Source: Candidatus Dormibacteria bacterium
Lineage (GTDB): Bacteria > Chloroflexota > Dormibacteria > DASZGP01
NCBI GenBank assembly: GCA_046262515.1
Contig: JBHEMP010000083.1
Coordinates: forward strand, 1 to 50,046
DNA length: 50,046 bases
Direction: 5' to 3'
Shown here one piece after another: positions 1 through 8,736 of the stretch. The position numbers were made by a program, and so were the translations under genes. The notes beneath the pieces were generated by a model. It was not told the origin of the DNA and ran no database searches. It saw only the letters and a program-made list of their open reading frames with translations. How positions within the stretch are numbered: the first letter of the stretch is position 1; every line of letters begins with the position of its first letter.

Positions 1-38
1 GCGCGGTAGCCGGGGTGCGCGTTCGCGATGATTGATGT

Positions 39-860
39 ATGAGCGCCGAGACCTTCCTGTTGCTCTGCGGTCTCGGCGTGGTCGTGGGATGCGTGGGCAC
101 CCTGGTTGGGGCGGGCGGAGGCTTCATCCTGACGCCAGCGCTCCTGGTCCTTTACCCGACCGACTCGCCCGAGACCATCACGGCCATCAGCCTCGTGGCC
201 GTGTTCTTCAATGCTCTTTCGGGATCAGCGGCCTACGCTCGCCAGCGCCGCATCGACTACCGGACTGGACTGCTGTTCGCCGCCTGCACTCTGCCTGGTG
301 CGGTGGCTGGGGCGCTGGTCGTGGCGGTGGCGCCGCGGCGGATCTTCGATATCCTGATGGCGCTCCTTCTCGGTGCGCTGGCGGCTTGGCTCCTCCTCGG
401 CCGGCCGCAGCCAACCGACGGCGCACCGCGCCCGGGGTGGACTGAACGTGAGTTGACCGACCCCGCCGGACAGACCTATCGCTACGCGGTGCCCCTGCGC
501 CGGGGCGCCGCCTACAGTGTCGGGGTCGGGTTCGTATCGACCTTCCTGGGCATCGGTGGCGGGGTGGTGCACGTGCCCCTGCTGGTACAGGCGCTCGGCT
601 TCCCGGTCCACATCGCCACCGCGACCTCCCACTTCATCCTGGCGATCATGGCGGGCACCGCGAGCCTGACGCACGTGATGGCCGGAAGTTTCACGCAGGG
701 GCACGGCATCCACCGCGCGGTTGCGCTCTCGATCGGGGTGGTCGCTGGGGCTCAGGTCGGAGCCGCGCTGTCGATCCGGATGGACGGCAGAACTATTCAG
801 CGCCTGCTGGCGTTGGCGCTGGGCCTGCTCTCTGCGAGGCTGCTGGTCGGATCCCTATGA
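39..860 (+). CDS. TSUP (TauE/SafE, DUF81) family anion exporter membrane protein
   Basis: 273 aa polytopic hydrophobic protein. Two internal repeats each carry a G-rich motif (VGAGGGFILTPAL and FLGIGGGVVHVPLL), typical of TauE/SafE. Confidence 0.8.
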   Translation: MSAETFLLLCGLGVVVGCVGTLVGAGGGFILTPALLVLYPTDSPETITAISLVAVFFNALSGSAAYARQRRIDYRTGLLFAACTLPGAVAGALVVAVAPRRIFDILMALLLGALAAWLLLGRPQPTDGAPRPGWTERELTDPAGQTYRYAVPLRRGAAYSVGVGFVSTFLGIGGGVVHVPLLVQALGFPVHIATATSHFILAIMAGTASLTHVMAGSFTQGHGIHRAVALSIGVVAGAQVGAALSIRMDGRTIQRLLALALGLLSARLLVGSL

Positions 861-1015
861 CCTCGCGAGCCGCCAAGGCAGCCTAATTCCTCAGTCCAGG
901 TCGATCAACAGATGTAGTGGCCGTCGAATTTGCCAGTGGGGTGCGTCCCTCCTGGGCCCAACGGGGCCTTTCCGACCAATTTATCAAGAATGCCCCAGGT
1001 ACCCGGGTGGTCACG

Positions 1016-1384
1016 TCAGGTGCGGGCGGCTCTCGCCGTCGCCTCATGACCGTGGCGGAGCATCCCCTCGAGGTCGCGGCGGCGCGCGCAGGCAAGTGTG
1101 ATCAGCACGGCGGCATAGCCGTCGAAATGCGGAATTGTGAAGAACCCCGGTTGGTTGCGCGCGAGGATCACCACCTTGGCATCGAGCCCCGCGGTGCGCA
1201 CCGCAAGCACCGGCTCGGGCGGCGGATCCGTGTCACCGAAGCGCCGGATGTCGGCCTTGCTGTACGGGCGCTCCCAGGCGAATACCTTGTCCATTACCAG
1301 CCACGCACGATTGCCGTGCTGTCGGCCCTCGGTAACGCCGGTCAGGGCCATCGCGATGCGCGCCACTTCCTCGAGGCTCGCCAC
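1016..1384 (-). CDS. MmcQ/YjbR-like small protein (tentative)
   Basis: 122 aa ORF. N-terminal EEVARIAMALTGVTE...NRAWLVMDKVFAW resembles the YjbR/MmcQ fold family. The C-terminal 25 aa look atypical, so the end is uncertain. Confidence 0.4.
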   Translation of the reverse strand: MASLEEVARIAMALTGVTEGRQHGNRAWLVMDKVFAWERPYSKADIRRFGDTDPPPEPVLAVRTAGLDAKVVILARNQPGFFTIPHFDGYAAVLITLACARRRDLEGMLRHGHEATARAART

Positions 1385-1449
1385 CCGCCCAGAATATCGC
1401 CTTCGCGGGACTGGGAGAGTGACTGATTTTCGTAATCACGCGGCCTGGG

Positions 1450-1750
1450 GTGATCAGCGAGCGTGTCACTGGAGGTCCCACCGGCGGGCGTCCGACAAAT
1501 GTACGGGTGCTTCGATATGCGATCGCCGTGGTGGGCCCGGACGGACCTGGGATCGTGGCGGCGGTATCGAAAGAACTGGTCGGGCCGGGTGCAACCTCGA
1601 GGACGTGTCCACCGCCGTCCTTTCCGGGCACTTCACGATGATGCTGGCCGTGGCCGCACCGGCAGGGCTGCAACCAGCGGACTTGCAGGATCGCCTTGGA
1701 GGTCTCGCGGGGGAGGGGCTGGCGACGTCGTCTGGCATCTCGAGGCGCCG
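1450..1750 (+). pseudogene. ACT-domain (GcvR-like) gene fragment with frameshift(s)
   Basis: Frame 1 gives RYAIAVVGPDGPGIVAAVSKELVG and frame 3 continues GCNLEDVSTAVLSGHFTMMLAVAAP. Together these form one ACT domain, split at the GGGCCGGG run near 1582-1590. No second ACT domain follows. Confidence 0.45.
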
Positions 1751-1959
1751 ATTCGACCTGCCGCGGCGAGTCTCGATCAACTCCTCCATGGGTCGGATGT
1801 TGGTCTTGAGGATCTCCGCCTGGACTTCGGGCGACTCGCGCCCCCCAAGCTCATGCATCAAGCCGAGGATTCGCTCCTCGAATGCGATCAGGTCGCGAAG
1901 GAACCCGCCCACTGCTCCCTTTCGCCGTCGCTGCCGGCTTCTGCCGGCTCACCGTCCAT
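1739..1959 (-). pseudogene. Decayed fourth copy of the LPxE-W helical domain (frameshifted and 3' truncated)
   Basis: ATG at 1959 gives MDGEPAEAGSDGEREQW, 17 residues to the Trp as in the intact copies, then stops after 24 codons. The next frame continues FLRDLIAFEERILGLMHEL...RRLE. The terminal [FY]W motif is missing where the ACT fragment abuts. Confidence 0.35.
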
Positions 1960-1993
1960 GCCGCTGGGAGCGGTGACCCCCGTATTGTGGTTG

Positions 1994-2653
1994 TCACTGT
2001 CCATGTTCAATTGCATACCCTTTGCGCGCGCGGTTGACGATGCGCGTGGGCGCACCGACCTGGGCGAGCTTCCGCCGCAGGCGAACGATGTATGTCCGCA
2101 CCTCTTCGTTGTGCAGGGCGCCGTCGCCCCAGGCCAGGCGGATGATCTGCTCGGCGCTCAGGAAGTTCCCCGGACGTTCCATCAGGCAGGCAAGCAACTC
2201 GACTTCGCGGCGCGTCAGGTCCACCTCCTTATCGCCGTGCCGGATGATCCTGGCTAGCGGGTCGAGGTCCAACCTGTGCAGCTCCCAGTGCCGCTGCTGC
2301 CAGAAATCAAGACGCGCCTGGTAGTGGTCTCGTTGGTGACGAAGGATGGTTTCGTCGGTGTGGGTCATCTCAAGGCGGGCGCTGTCAACCAGCCTGGGCA
2401 GCTCCTCCTCCAACCGCTTGAGCAGCGCGTCCTTGACGCCAATCAGCTCGCGGTATACCTGGATCCAGCGACGTGCATCCTCCGCGTGACTTGTCTCGGG
2501 ATCCTCATGGGGCAGGAGATCCAGGGCGCGGTCGACGGCCGCCACCGCCTGGGTCCGACGCTCTTTCGCGGTGTCAGCCAGGACGGCGTCACGCGCGTTT
2601 GATGAGGTGGACACGGCCAGATTGTCAGCGGTGGTCCGCAACAGTCTCAGCAA
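1994..2653 (-). CDS. OmpR/PhoB-type winged-helix transcriptional regulator with a non-receiver helical N-domain
   Basis: The C-terminal about 95 aa match the trans_reg_C pattern (DLTRREVELLACLMERPGNFLSAEQIIRLAWG...VRTYIVRLRRKL...RKGYAI). The N-terminus has no REC motifs and instead carries LPHEDPETSHAEDARRWIQVYRELI...ARLDFWQQR. The TTG start at 2653 lacks an SD, so the start is uncertain. Confidence 0.75.
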   Translation of the reverse strand: MLRLLRTTADNLAVSTSSNARDAVLADTAKERRTQAVAAVDRALDLLPHEDPETSHAEDARRWIQVYRELIGVKDALLKRLEEELPRLVDSARLEMTHTDETILRHQRDHYQARLDFWQQRHWELHRLDLDPLARIIRHGDKEVDLTRREVELLACLMERPGNFLSAEQIIRLAWGDGALHNEEVRTYIVRLRRKLAQVGAPTRIVNRARKGYAIEHGQ

Positions 2654-2710
2654 AAGGAGGTGGGCCCCGCGCCCCCAACATGGGGCACCGAACCCGGCCC
2701 TGGAGGCTCC

Positions 2711-3565
2711 CTACGCGAGGAAGTCCCGCACAGCTGTGGCGCTGTCAGGGTGCATGCCCACCAGGTAATGATTGGCATCGACAACGACGCCCCTGGCATT
2801 GGGCACCTCGGCCAGGAATCGTTGGTAATCTGCCTGATTGAGTATGTAACCCAGACCCTCCAGGATCTCCTGTCGTGCGCGGATAAGGAGCGCCGGCATC
2901 GTGATCCCAGTCCACATCGCGTAGGGGTCCTGGGTAAGCCGGTAATCCTCGTCCTCAAGTGGCGCCGGCTTCTGCGTGCGGAACCGCACGCCGCCCTCAA
3001 CATCCTCAAGGTCGTAGTTGAAAAGCTCCTCCCAGGCCGGGTTCCACGGCTGGTAGTTGGGCAGTTGCCGGACCAGGGACAGGAAGTGCCCGCGCGAAGG
3101 CCAGACCGTGCTCAGCCGCTCCAGGCCGGCGTAGACCGGGCCCTTGGCGGGGTCATCCACGCTGGCGCCACCGTCCACCAGCACCAGGCGGCGCACCCGG
3201 CCCGGGAACATCTGGCAGACCCGGATGGCAATCCACGCACCCATGGACCAGCCCACCAGGTCGAATTGCCCGGCCCCCAGTTGGTCCGCCATCTCGGCGA
3301 TGTCGCGGGCGTGCGCCGCCCATCCATAGGTGCCGGGCGGGGTTACCTGGCTCTTGCCTCGACCACGAGGGTCAAAGGCGAGGGTACGGTGGCGCTCCGG
3401 GTCGAGACCGCCAAAAATCACGTCGAAGCTGTGCAGATTGGCGCTCAGCCCGGGCACGCCGATCACGAGCGCGGCGTGCGGGTTGCCGCCGACCTCAGCG
3501 TGGATCCGACCACTGGCAAGCGTGAAGTCCGTCTCGATTGCCGATTGGCTGCCCATAACCGTCAC
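2711..3565 (-). CDS. alpha/beta-fold hydrolase
   Basis: 284 aa with the nucleophile elbow GWSMG, an upstream HG-like region (VIGVPGLSAN), and a late His in DANHYL. Confidence 0.85.
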   Translation of the reverse strand: MTVMGSQSAIETDFTLASGRIHAEVGGNPHAALVIGVPGLSANLHSFDVIFGGLDPERHRTLAFDPRGRGKSQVTPPGTYGWAAHARDIAEMADQLGAGQFDLVGWSMGAWIAIRVCQMFPGRVRRLVLVDGGASVDDPAKGPVYAGLERLSTVWPSRGHFLSLVRQLPNYQPWNPAWEELFNYDLEDVEGGVRFRTQKPAPLEDEDYRLTQDPYAMWTGITMPALLIRARQEILEGLGYILNQADYQRFLAEVPNARGVVVDANHYLVGMHPDSATAVRDFLA

Positions 3566-3671
3566 CTCTCACCTCGATCGTTTGTTGCCGCGCTTCAGCG
3601 GGCTCGTAGGCACAATTAGCACTGGCGAGGGAAACGCTGGCGTGTTAGGTTGGCGCGGCCCACGCGTGGGG

Positions 3672-3902
3672 TCAGTCGCCGTCCGGACTTCCCGCATGGG
3701 CATCGGTCGACACCGCAAACCTCTGCTCGCCCGAAAGTTCGCGCAGAGCGCGGTTCACGCGGACGTATTCAGCGATCGCGGCGGCACCTCGCTCAGCCGT
3801 CGCGGATCCCATCTCTGACAGGAGCGCCCGACGCGCATTCAAAAGCGCGTCGATCTGTCTGCGCAGCGGACGATGGCCCAGAGTCTGCCGTAGTGATGCC
3901 AT
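3672..3902 (-). CDS. hypothetical small protein
   Basis: 76-aa ORF from ATG 3902 (MASLRQTL...), predicted helical with no recognisable motif. It lies upstream of and co-directional with the hydrolase gene. Confidence 0.3.
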   Translation of the reverse strand: MASLRQTLGHRPLRRQIDALLNARRALLSEMGSATAERGAAAIAEYVRVNRALRELSGEQRFAVSTDAHAGSPDGD

Positions 3903-4133
3903 AACTATCACAAAGTGTGGCAGCGCGAACGTGAAAAACGCAGCATAAGGCGGTCCCCCCGGGCGGCGGGACTGGCGCGCTGGCGGCAAACTCGCAGGGG
4001 GGCTACGATGCAACACGGGCTCAGTGGCAGATCGGATTCCGCCCGACGTATGGCACCTGTGTTATCACTCGTCAGGAACAACCGTTCGCACCAAACCGGG
4101 TGTGGCGGTCACTTAATAGGGTAGGAGGAGCTA

Positions 4134-4541
4134 ATGGCTGACTCATCACTGGCCAGGATGGCCGCAGGCATATTTGGCGCGGTGTACGCCCTGGTAGGAG
4201 TCCTTGGGTTCCTGCCGTTCCTGGGCGGCAGCTACAGCCTGGATCCGCACAACCTGCTTGGCCTCTTCGCGGTCAACGTCGTGCACAACATCGTCCACCT
4301 TGCCGTCGGTCTTGGCGGCCTTGCGGCCTATGCCGGTGGCGAGGCTCAGTCGATCATGTTCGCGCGCACCGTCGGGGTGGTCTACGCGCTGCTGGCCGTG
4401 CTCGGCATCTTCGCCGGGAGCGGCAACTTCCTCGGCCTGGTGCCGATCGGCGGGCTGGACATCGGGCTGCACGCGCTGACCGCGGCAGTGCTGCTGTACG
4501 TTGGGTTTGCCGCCCCTCGCAAGGACGCAGCCGCGGTCTGA
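4134..4541 (+). CDS. DUF4383 family membrane protein
   Basis: 135 aa with four hydrophobic segments and the DUF4383 hallmark NLLGLFAVNVVHNIVHLAVG. A strong SD (AGGAGGAG, 4123-4130) precedes the ATG. Confidence 0.75.
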   Translation: MADSSLARMAAGIFGAVYALVGVLGFLPFLGGSYSLDPHNLLGLFAVNVVHNIVHLAVGLGGLAAYAGGEAQSIMFARTVGVVYALLAVLGIFAGSGNFLGLVPIGGLDIGLHALTAAVLLYVGFAAPRKDAAAV

Positions 4542-4609
4542 CCTGCAGGCTTCTCGAAGAGGGAAGTCGACCGATACCAGTTCAGGACCGCCCGGTACAC
4601 TCCCCCCTC

Positions 4610-5656
4610 GTGACGACCATGAGGGGGGCTGTGCTTCCCGGCGAACGCCGGGTTGAGCTAAGAAACTACGAGGTCCCCGTCCCGGGACCGGGGCAGGTGC
4701 TGGTGCGCACGCGTGCATCCGGCCTCTGCGGCAGCGACCTTCGGGCGATTTATCGCCCGAGCGTGCAGGGAAATGGCCCCGAGGCCTATCGTGGGGTCAT
4801 CGCGGGACACGAGCCGGCCGGCGTGATAGAGACGATCGGTCCGGACGTGGAGGGCTGGGCTGCCGGCGACCGCGTCCTGCTCTACCACATTGTCGGTTGC
4901 GGGGACTGCGACGACTGCCGGGCGGGCTGGATGATCAGCTGCACCAGCGACGCGCGTGCTGCCTACGGTTGGCAGCGAGACGGCGGCCACGCGGATTTCA
5001 TCCTGGCTGAAGCGCGTACCCTTGTTGCGCTCCCTCCCGAACTCAGTTTTGTCGACGGCGCGCTCGTCGCCTGCGGCTTTGGGACGAGTTATGCGGCCTG
5101 TCTTCGCGCCGGCATCGCCGCCGGTGAGACAGTGCTTGTGACCGGCCTGGGACCGGTGGGACTGGGCACCGCGATGATCGCGCGCGCCATGGGGGCGAAC
5201 GTAATCGGCGTCGAGGCGAATGTGAAGCGGGCGGAGGTGGCCCGAGGGCTTGGCGTCGGCGTGGTCCTGGCGGCCGCGGATGGCACCCTGGAGGACGTCC
5301 GTGAGCGCACCGCGGGGATGGGTGTGGAGGTGGCCATCGACTGTTCCGCGGCCCAGGGCGGCCGCGATCTCACCCTGACCGCCCTGCGCCGCTGGGGGCG
5401 TGCCGTGTGGGTGGGGGAGGGCGGTTCTTTCACCTTTGAGCCCAGCCCGGCACTTATCCACCACCAGCTGACCCTGAACGGTTCGTGGGTCTGCAGCGTG
5501 CAACAGATGCGGGAACTGGTCGGCCTGCTGGTGAAATGGGGAACCAGCCCGGAGGCCATCGTTACAAACCGCCTACAGCTCGATGAGGTCGAGCGGGCCT
5601 ACCGCGAGTTCGACAGCGGTATGACCGGCAAGATCGTGCTGACCTGGCCTGAATGA
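4610..5656 (+). CDS. zinc-dependent alcohol dehydrogenase (MDR family)
   Basis: Catalytic Zn motif GHEPAGVIETIG, structural Zn Cys cluster CGDCDDCRAGWMISC, and Rossmann motif GLGPVGLG. Confidence 0.85.
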   Translation: MTTMRGAVLPGERRVELRNYEVPVPGPGQVLVRTRASGLCGSDLRAIYRPSVQGNGPEAYRGVIAGHEPAGVIETIGPDVEGWAAGDRVLLYHIVGCGDCDDCRAGWMISCTSDARAAYGWQRDGGHADFILAEARTLVALPPELSFVDGALVACGFGTSYAACLRAGIAAGETVLVTGLGPVGLGTAMIARAMGANVIGVEANVKRAEVARGLGVGVVLAAADGTLEDVRERTAGMGVEVAIDCSAAQGGRDLTLTALRRWGRAVWVGEGGSFTFEPSPALIHHQLTLNGSWVCSVQQMRELVGLLVKWGTSPEAIVTNRLQLDEVERAYREFDSGMTGKIVLTWPE

Positions 5657-7506
5657 TTACGCGTCGCTTCGGCGGGCAGGACGTGCACCCCCGTCCGCAG
5701 ATGGCGCGCGATGAGTGGATCGACCTGTCCGGGCCATGGCAGTTCGAGTTCGACGACCGGGAGGTGGGGATCGCGGAAGGCTGGATGCGCCCTGAGCGGG
5801 AGCCGTTCAGCCGCACGATACGTGTTCCCTATCCGCCAGAATCCGCCGCCAGTGGGGTGGACGATCGCTCCATCCACCCGGTCGCCTGGTATCGGTGTAC
5901 GTTTTCGCTCCCGACGGCGGCAGGGCAAAGATGGATTCTTCACTTCGGAGCCGTCGACTATCGCGCGCAGGCCTGGGTGAACGGTTCGATGGTGTGCGAG
6001 CACCACGGCGGGCACACCCCCTTCAGCGCCGACATCACCTCGGCCCTGAATGACCGGGGGGAGGGCGTCCTGGCGGTGCGCGCCGAGGACCGCGCGGACC
6101 TGGAGCAACCCCGCGGCAAACAGCACTGGGACGTGGAGCCCGAGGAGATCTGGTATCACCGGACCACGGGCATCTGGCAGGCGCCATGGTTGGAGGCCGT
6201 CCCGGACCTGCGCATCGAGTCGCTGCGCTGGACACCGGATATCGAGAATCTGCGACTGCGCATGGAGGTCCGGCTCAACCGGCCGCCGCACACTCCGGCG
6301 CGACTGAAGCTCAGGCTGGGTCCCGCCGATGCGCCCCTGGTACATGACACCTACGAGGTGACGGGGATGACCCTGCACCGTGAGATCGGCCTCGACATCG
6401 GTGCGCCATCGATCGCCCGCAGGCGGGACATCATGTGGTCGCCGGAGTACCCGAACCTCCTGGACGCGGAACTGACCCTGGAGCCGCAGGGCGGGCGCCA
6501 TGACGAGGTGCACAGCTATGTCGGTCTGCGAAGCGTGGACGTTACCGACGGCGCATTCCGGCTGAACGGGTGGCCCTATTACCTGCGCCTCGTCCTCGAC
6601 CAGGGGTACTGGCCTGACAGCAACCTGGCCGCGCCCGACCCCGACGCGCTGCGGCGGGACGTGGAGCTGATAAAAGAGCTTGGCTTCAACGGTGTCCGCA
6701 TGCACCAGAAGGTGGAAGACCCTCGCTTCCTTTACTGGTGCGACCGGCTCGGCCTGCTCGTCTGGGAGGAGATGCCAAGCTCATACCGCTTCTCTGAGGT
6801 GGCGGCGGAGATGGCGGCGACGGAGTGGCTTGAGGTTCTCCGCCGCGACCACAGCCACCCGTGCGTGGTGGCCTGGGTTGCCTTCAACGAGAGCTGGGGC
6901 GTGGAGTGGCTGCGCGACAACCCCCGGATGCGCGAGCTGGTCGCCGGCCTGCGAGCATTCGCCGTGGCTGCCGACGGCACCCGGCCCGTGATCGGTAATG
7001 ACGGGTGGGAGCAGACCGGAGAGGAGGTCATCGGTATCCACGACTACGTCGATCAGGCGACGCTACTTCGGGCCCGCTACGGCAGCCGTGACCGCATCGA
7101 AGAATCCCTGCGCCGGGTCCAGCCCAACGGCCACCCGATCCTCTTATCGGACGCCAGCCGCGGGCACGCCGCCGTGGTGCTGAGCGAGTTCGGCGGGATT
7201 TCCCTCGTCCCCTCGCGGGGAACCGAAGTGTTCTCCTATGGGACCGTGGGCTCGGCGTCGGCATTGCTGGAGCGCTGGCAGGAGCTCTTTAGCGCAGTGC
7301 TCGACTCCGATGCGCTGGCGGGATTCTGTTATACGCAGTTCTGCGATATCCGTCAGGAAGCCAACGGCATGGTGACCGAGTCGCGGGAGCCCAAGGTCGC
7401 CCCACGCATGGTGCGGGCGCTGATACAGCAACGGCCGCGAGCCATCCCCGCCGAAGGGATCCTGCGCCAGGTCCTTGAGGTTGAGGATTCCGCCGAAGCG
7501 CCGTAG
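5653..7506 (+). CDS. glycoside hydrolase family 2 (beta-galactosidase / glucuronidase / galactofuranosidase type)
   Basis: GH2 sugar-binding domain motif HFGAVDYRAQAWVNGSMVCEHHGGHTPF. TIM-barrel motifs NGVRMHQ, AFNESWG (acid/base NE) and WEEMP. Its start overlaps the ADH stop (ATGA). Confidence 0.85.
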   Translation: MITRRFGGQDVHPRPQMARDEWIDLSGPWQFEFDDREVGIAEGWMRPEREPFSRTIRVPYPPESAASGVDDRSIHPVAWYRCTFSLPTAAGQRWILHFGAVDYRAQAWVNGSMVCEHHGGHTPFSADITSALNDRGEGVLAVRAEDRADLEQPRGKQHWDVEPEEIWYHRTTGIWQAPWLEAVPDLRIESLRWTPDIENLRLRMEVRLNRPPHTPARLKLRLGPADAPLVHDTYEVTGMTLHREIGLDIGAPSIARRRDIMWSPEYPNLLDAELTLEPQGGRHDEVHSYVGLRSVDVTDGAFRLNGWPYYLRLVLDQGYWPDSNLAAPDPDALRRDVELIKELGFNGVRMHQKVEDPRFLYWCDRLGLLVWEEMPSSYRFSEVAAEMAATEWLEVLRRDHSHPCVVAWVAFNESWGVEWLRDNPRMRELVAGLRAFAVAADGTRPVIGNDGWEQTGEEVIGIHDYVDQATLLRARYGSRDRIEESLRRVQPNGHPILLSDASRGHAAVVLSEFGGISLVPSRGTEVFSYGTVGSASALLERWQELFSAVLDSDALAGFCYTQFCDIRQEANGMVTESREPKVAPRMVRALIQQRPRAIPAEGILRQVLEVEDSAEAP

Positions 7507-7516
7507 CTGCTATGCG

Positions 7517-7545
7517 TGAAAATTCGCGCAACACTGACCTATAAT
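7517..7545 (+). promoter_or_regulatory. candidate promoter of the GT-glf operon (perfect TATAAT -10)
   Basis: TATAAT at 7540-7545 lies inside the only strongly AT-rich stretch of this region (7507-7600). The -35 candidate is weak (TGAAAA, 17-nt spacer). The gene start at 7609 has a GAGGA SD at 7599-7603. Confidence 0.3.
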
Positions 7546-7608
7546 GCATAGTGATAGTGGTGTTGATATATTATTGCTGGAAGTCAGATCCATGCATTGA
7601 GGACAACA

Positions 7609-8736
7609 ATGAGCAGCCGCGCCGACCTGGTCGTTTTTTCGCACCTCCGCTGGGACGGCGTCTGGCAGCGACCACACCACCTGGTGACGCGCCTTGCCGC
7701 CGCACACGAACGCACATTTTTCGTGGAGGAACCCGTTGTCGCAGACGTCTCGACACCCCGCCTCCTCAGCGAGGAAGCAGGACCTGTAATCCGACTGATA
7801 TTCCAGGTCCCGCAGCGAATGGAGCCCCGGAATGGCGCCTGGCTCACGTTCGCCGACATCGATGGACCTGAACACCGGGTACTTATAAGCGAGGCCTTGA
7901 CGGGGGCCGAACCCAATGTCTGGCTGTACTCGCCGCTCGCCCTGCCGCTGGCCCAGGCACTCTGCGCGACCCGTCTCGTGTACGACGTGATGGACGACCT
8001 CGCCTCATTCGCCGGGGCATCACTCGAAATGAAGCTCAGGCAGGCGCAGGCGTTGTCCGAGGCTGATGTTGTCTTCACCGGCGGCCGATCCTTGCACGAC
8101 GCGGTGATGGAGCGGCGCCGCCGGCCTCAGCACACGTTCTGTTATCCAAGCGGCGTGGAGATCGAGCACTTCCGGGTCGGCCACCGGCCCCAAGCCCGAC
8201 GGGTCGCGGGATACGTTGGCGTCATTGACGAGCGCCTGAACCTTGCCCTGGTAGATGCTCTCGCGACGGCGCTTCCCGAGTGGACCATTCGCATGGTCGG
8301 CCCGGTGACGAAAATCCCGGAGGATTCTCTGCCCCAGCGCGCCAACATTGAGTACCTGGGTAAGCGGGGCTACGCGGAACTTCCCGAAATCATGGCGGAG
8401 TTCGACGTCGCGCTCATGCCCTTCGCCATCAACGAAGCCACCCGCTCCATAAGCCCGACCAAGACGCTCGAGTACCTCGCGGCGGGTCTGCCCGTGGTCT
8501 CTACCCGCGTCCGGGACGTTGAGCGCGATTGCGGTGACGTCGTGTTGTTCGCTGACGACGGCCCCGCGTTCGCGGCCGCCTGCGAGAGTGCCCTTGCCGA
8601 TGCGAGCGCATCGCATGCCGATGCTGTCGAGGCGCTACTGCGTCAACGCCACTGGGATGCCATTGCCCTGGAAATGCTGGAGCACGTCCTACCTTCGGAT
8701 GCCTCCATCGAGCAAGAGGGAGGTCTTGGGGCATGA
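7609..8736 (+). CDS. glycosyltransferase (GT1-like, glf-associated)
   Basis: N-terminal DLVVFSHLRWDGVWQRPHHL and a C-terminal GT-B nucleotide-sugar half (INEATRSISPTKTLEYLAAGLPVVST). The ATG at 7609 with an SD is preferred over the TTG at 7597. The stop overlaps the glf start. Confidence 0.75.
   Translation: MSSRADLVVFSHLRWDGVWQRPHHLVTRLAAAHERTFFVEEPVVADVSTPRLLSEEAGPVIRLIFQVPQRMEPRNGAWLTFADIDGPEHRVLISEALTGAEPNVWLYSPLALPLAQALCATRLVYDVMDDLASFAGASLEMKLRQAQALSEADVVFTGGRSLHDAVMERRRRPQHTFCYPSGVEIEHFRVGHRPQARRVAGYVGVIDERLNLALVDALATALPEWTIRMVGPVTKIPEDSLPQRANIEYLGKRGYAELPEIMAEFDVALMPFAINEATRSISPTKTLEYLAAGLPVVSTRVRDVERDCGDVVLFADDGPAFAAACESALADASASHADAVEALLRQRHWDAIALEMLEHVLPSDASIEQEGGLGA

Noticed and set aside
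2660-3619. 319-aa plus-strand ORF preceded by an apparent strong SD (AAGGAGGTG at 2654-2662).
   Set aside because: It is antisense to the alpha/beta hydrolase, which has GWSMG and a coherent fold pattern. The translation has no motifs, and the SD-like string is probably coincidental.
3903-4133. A 232-nt gap upstream of the DUF4383 gene, considered as a possible riboswitch or sRNA, and the 69-aa ORF at 3915-4124.
   Set aside because: I recognise no conserved riboswitch core. The ORF is Arg-rich with no SD. Nothing beyond a generic G/C stem can be supported by eye.
5599-6705. 368-aa minus-strand ORF.
   Set aside because: It is antisense to the GH2 gene, which carries clear family motifs. It has no recognisable domain.
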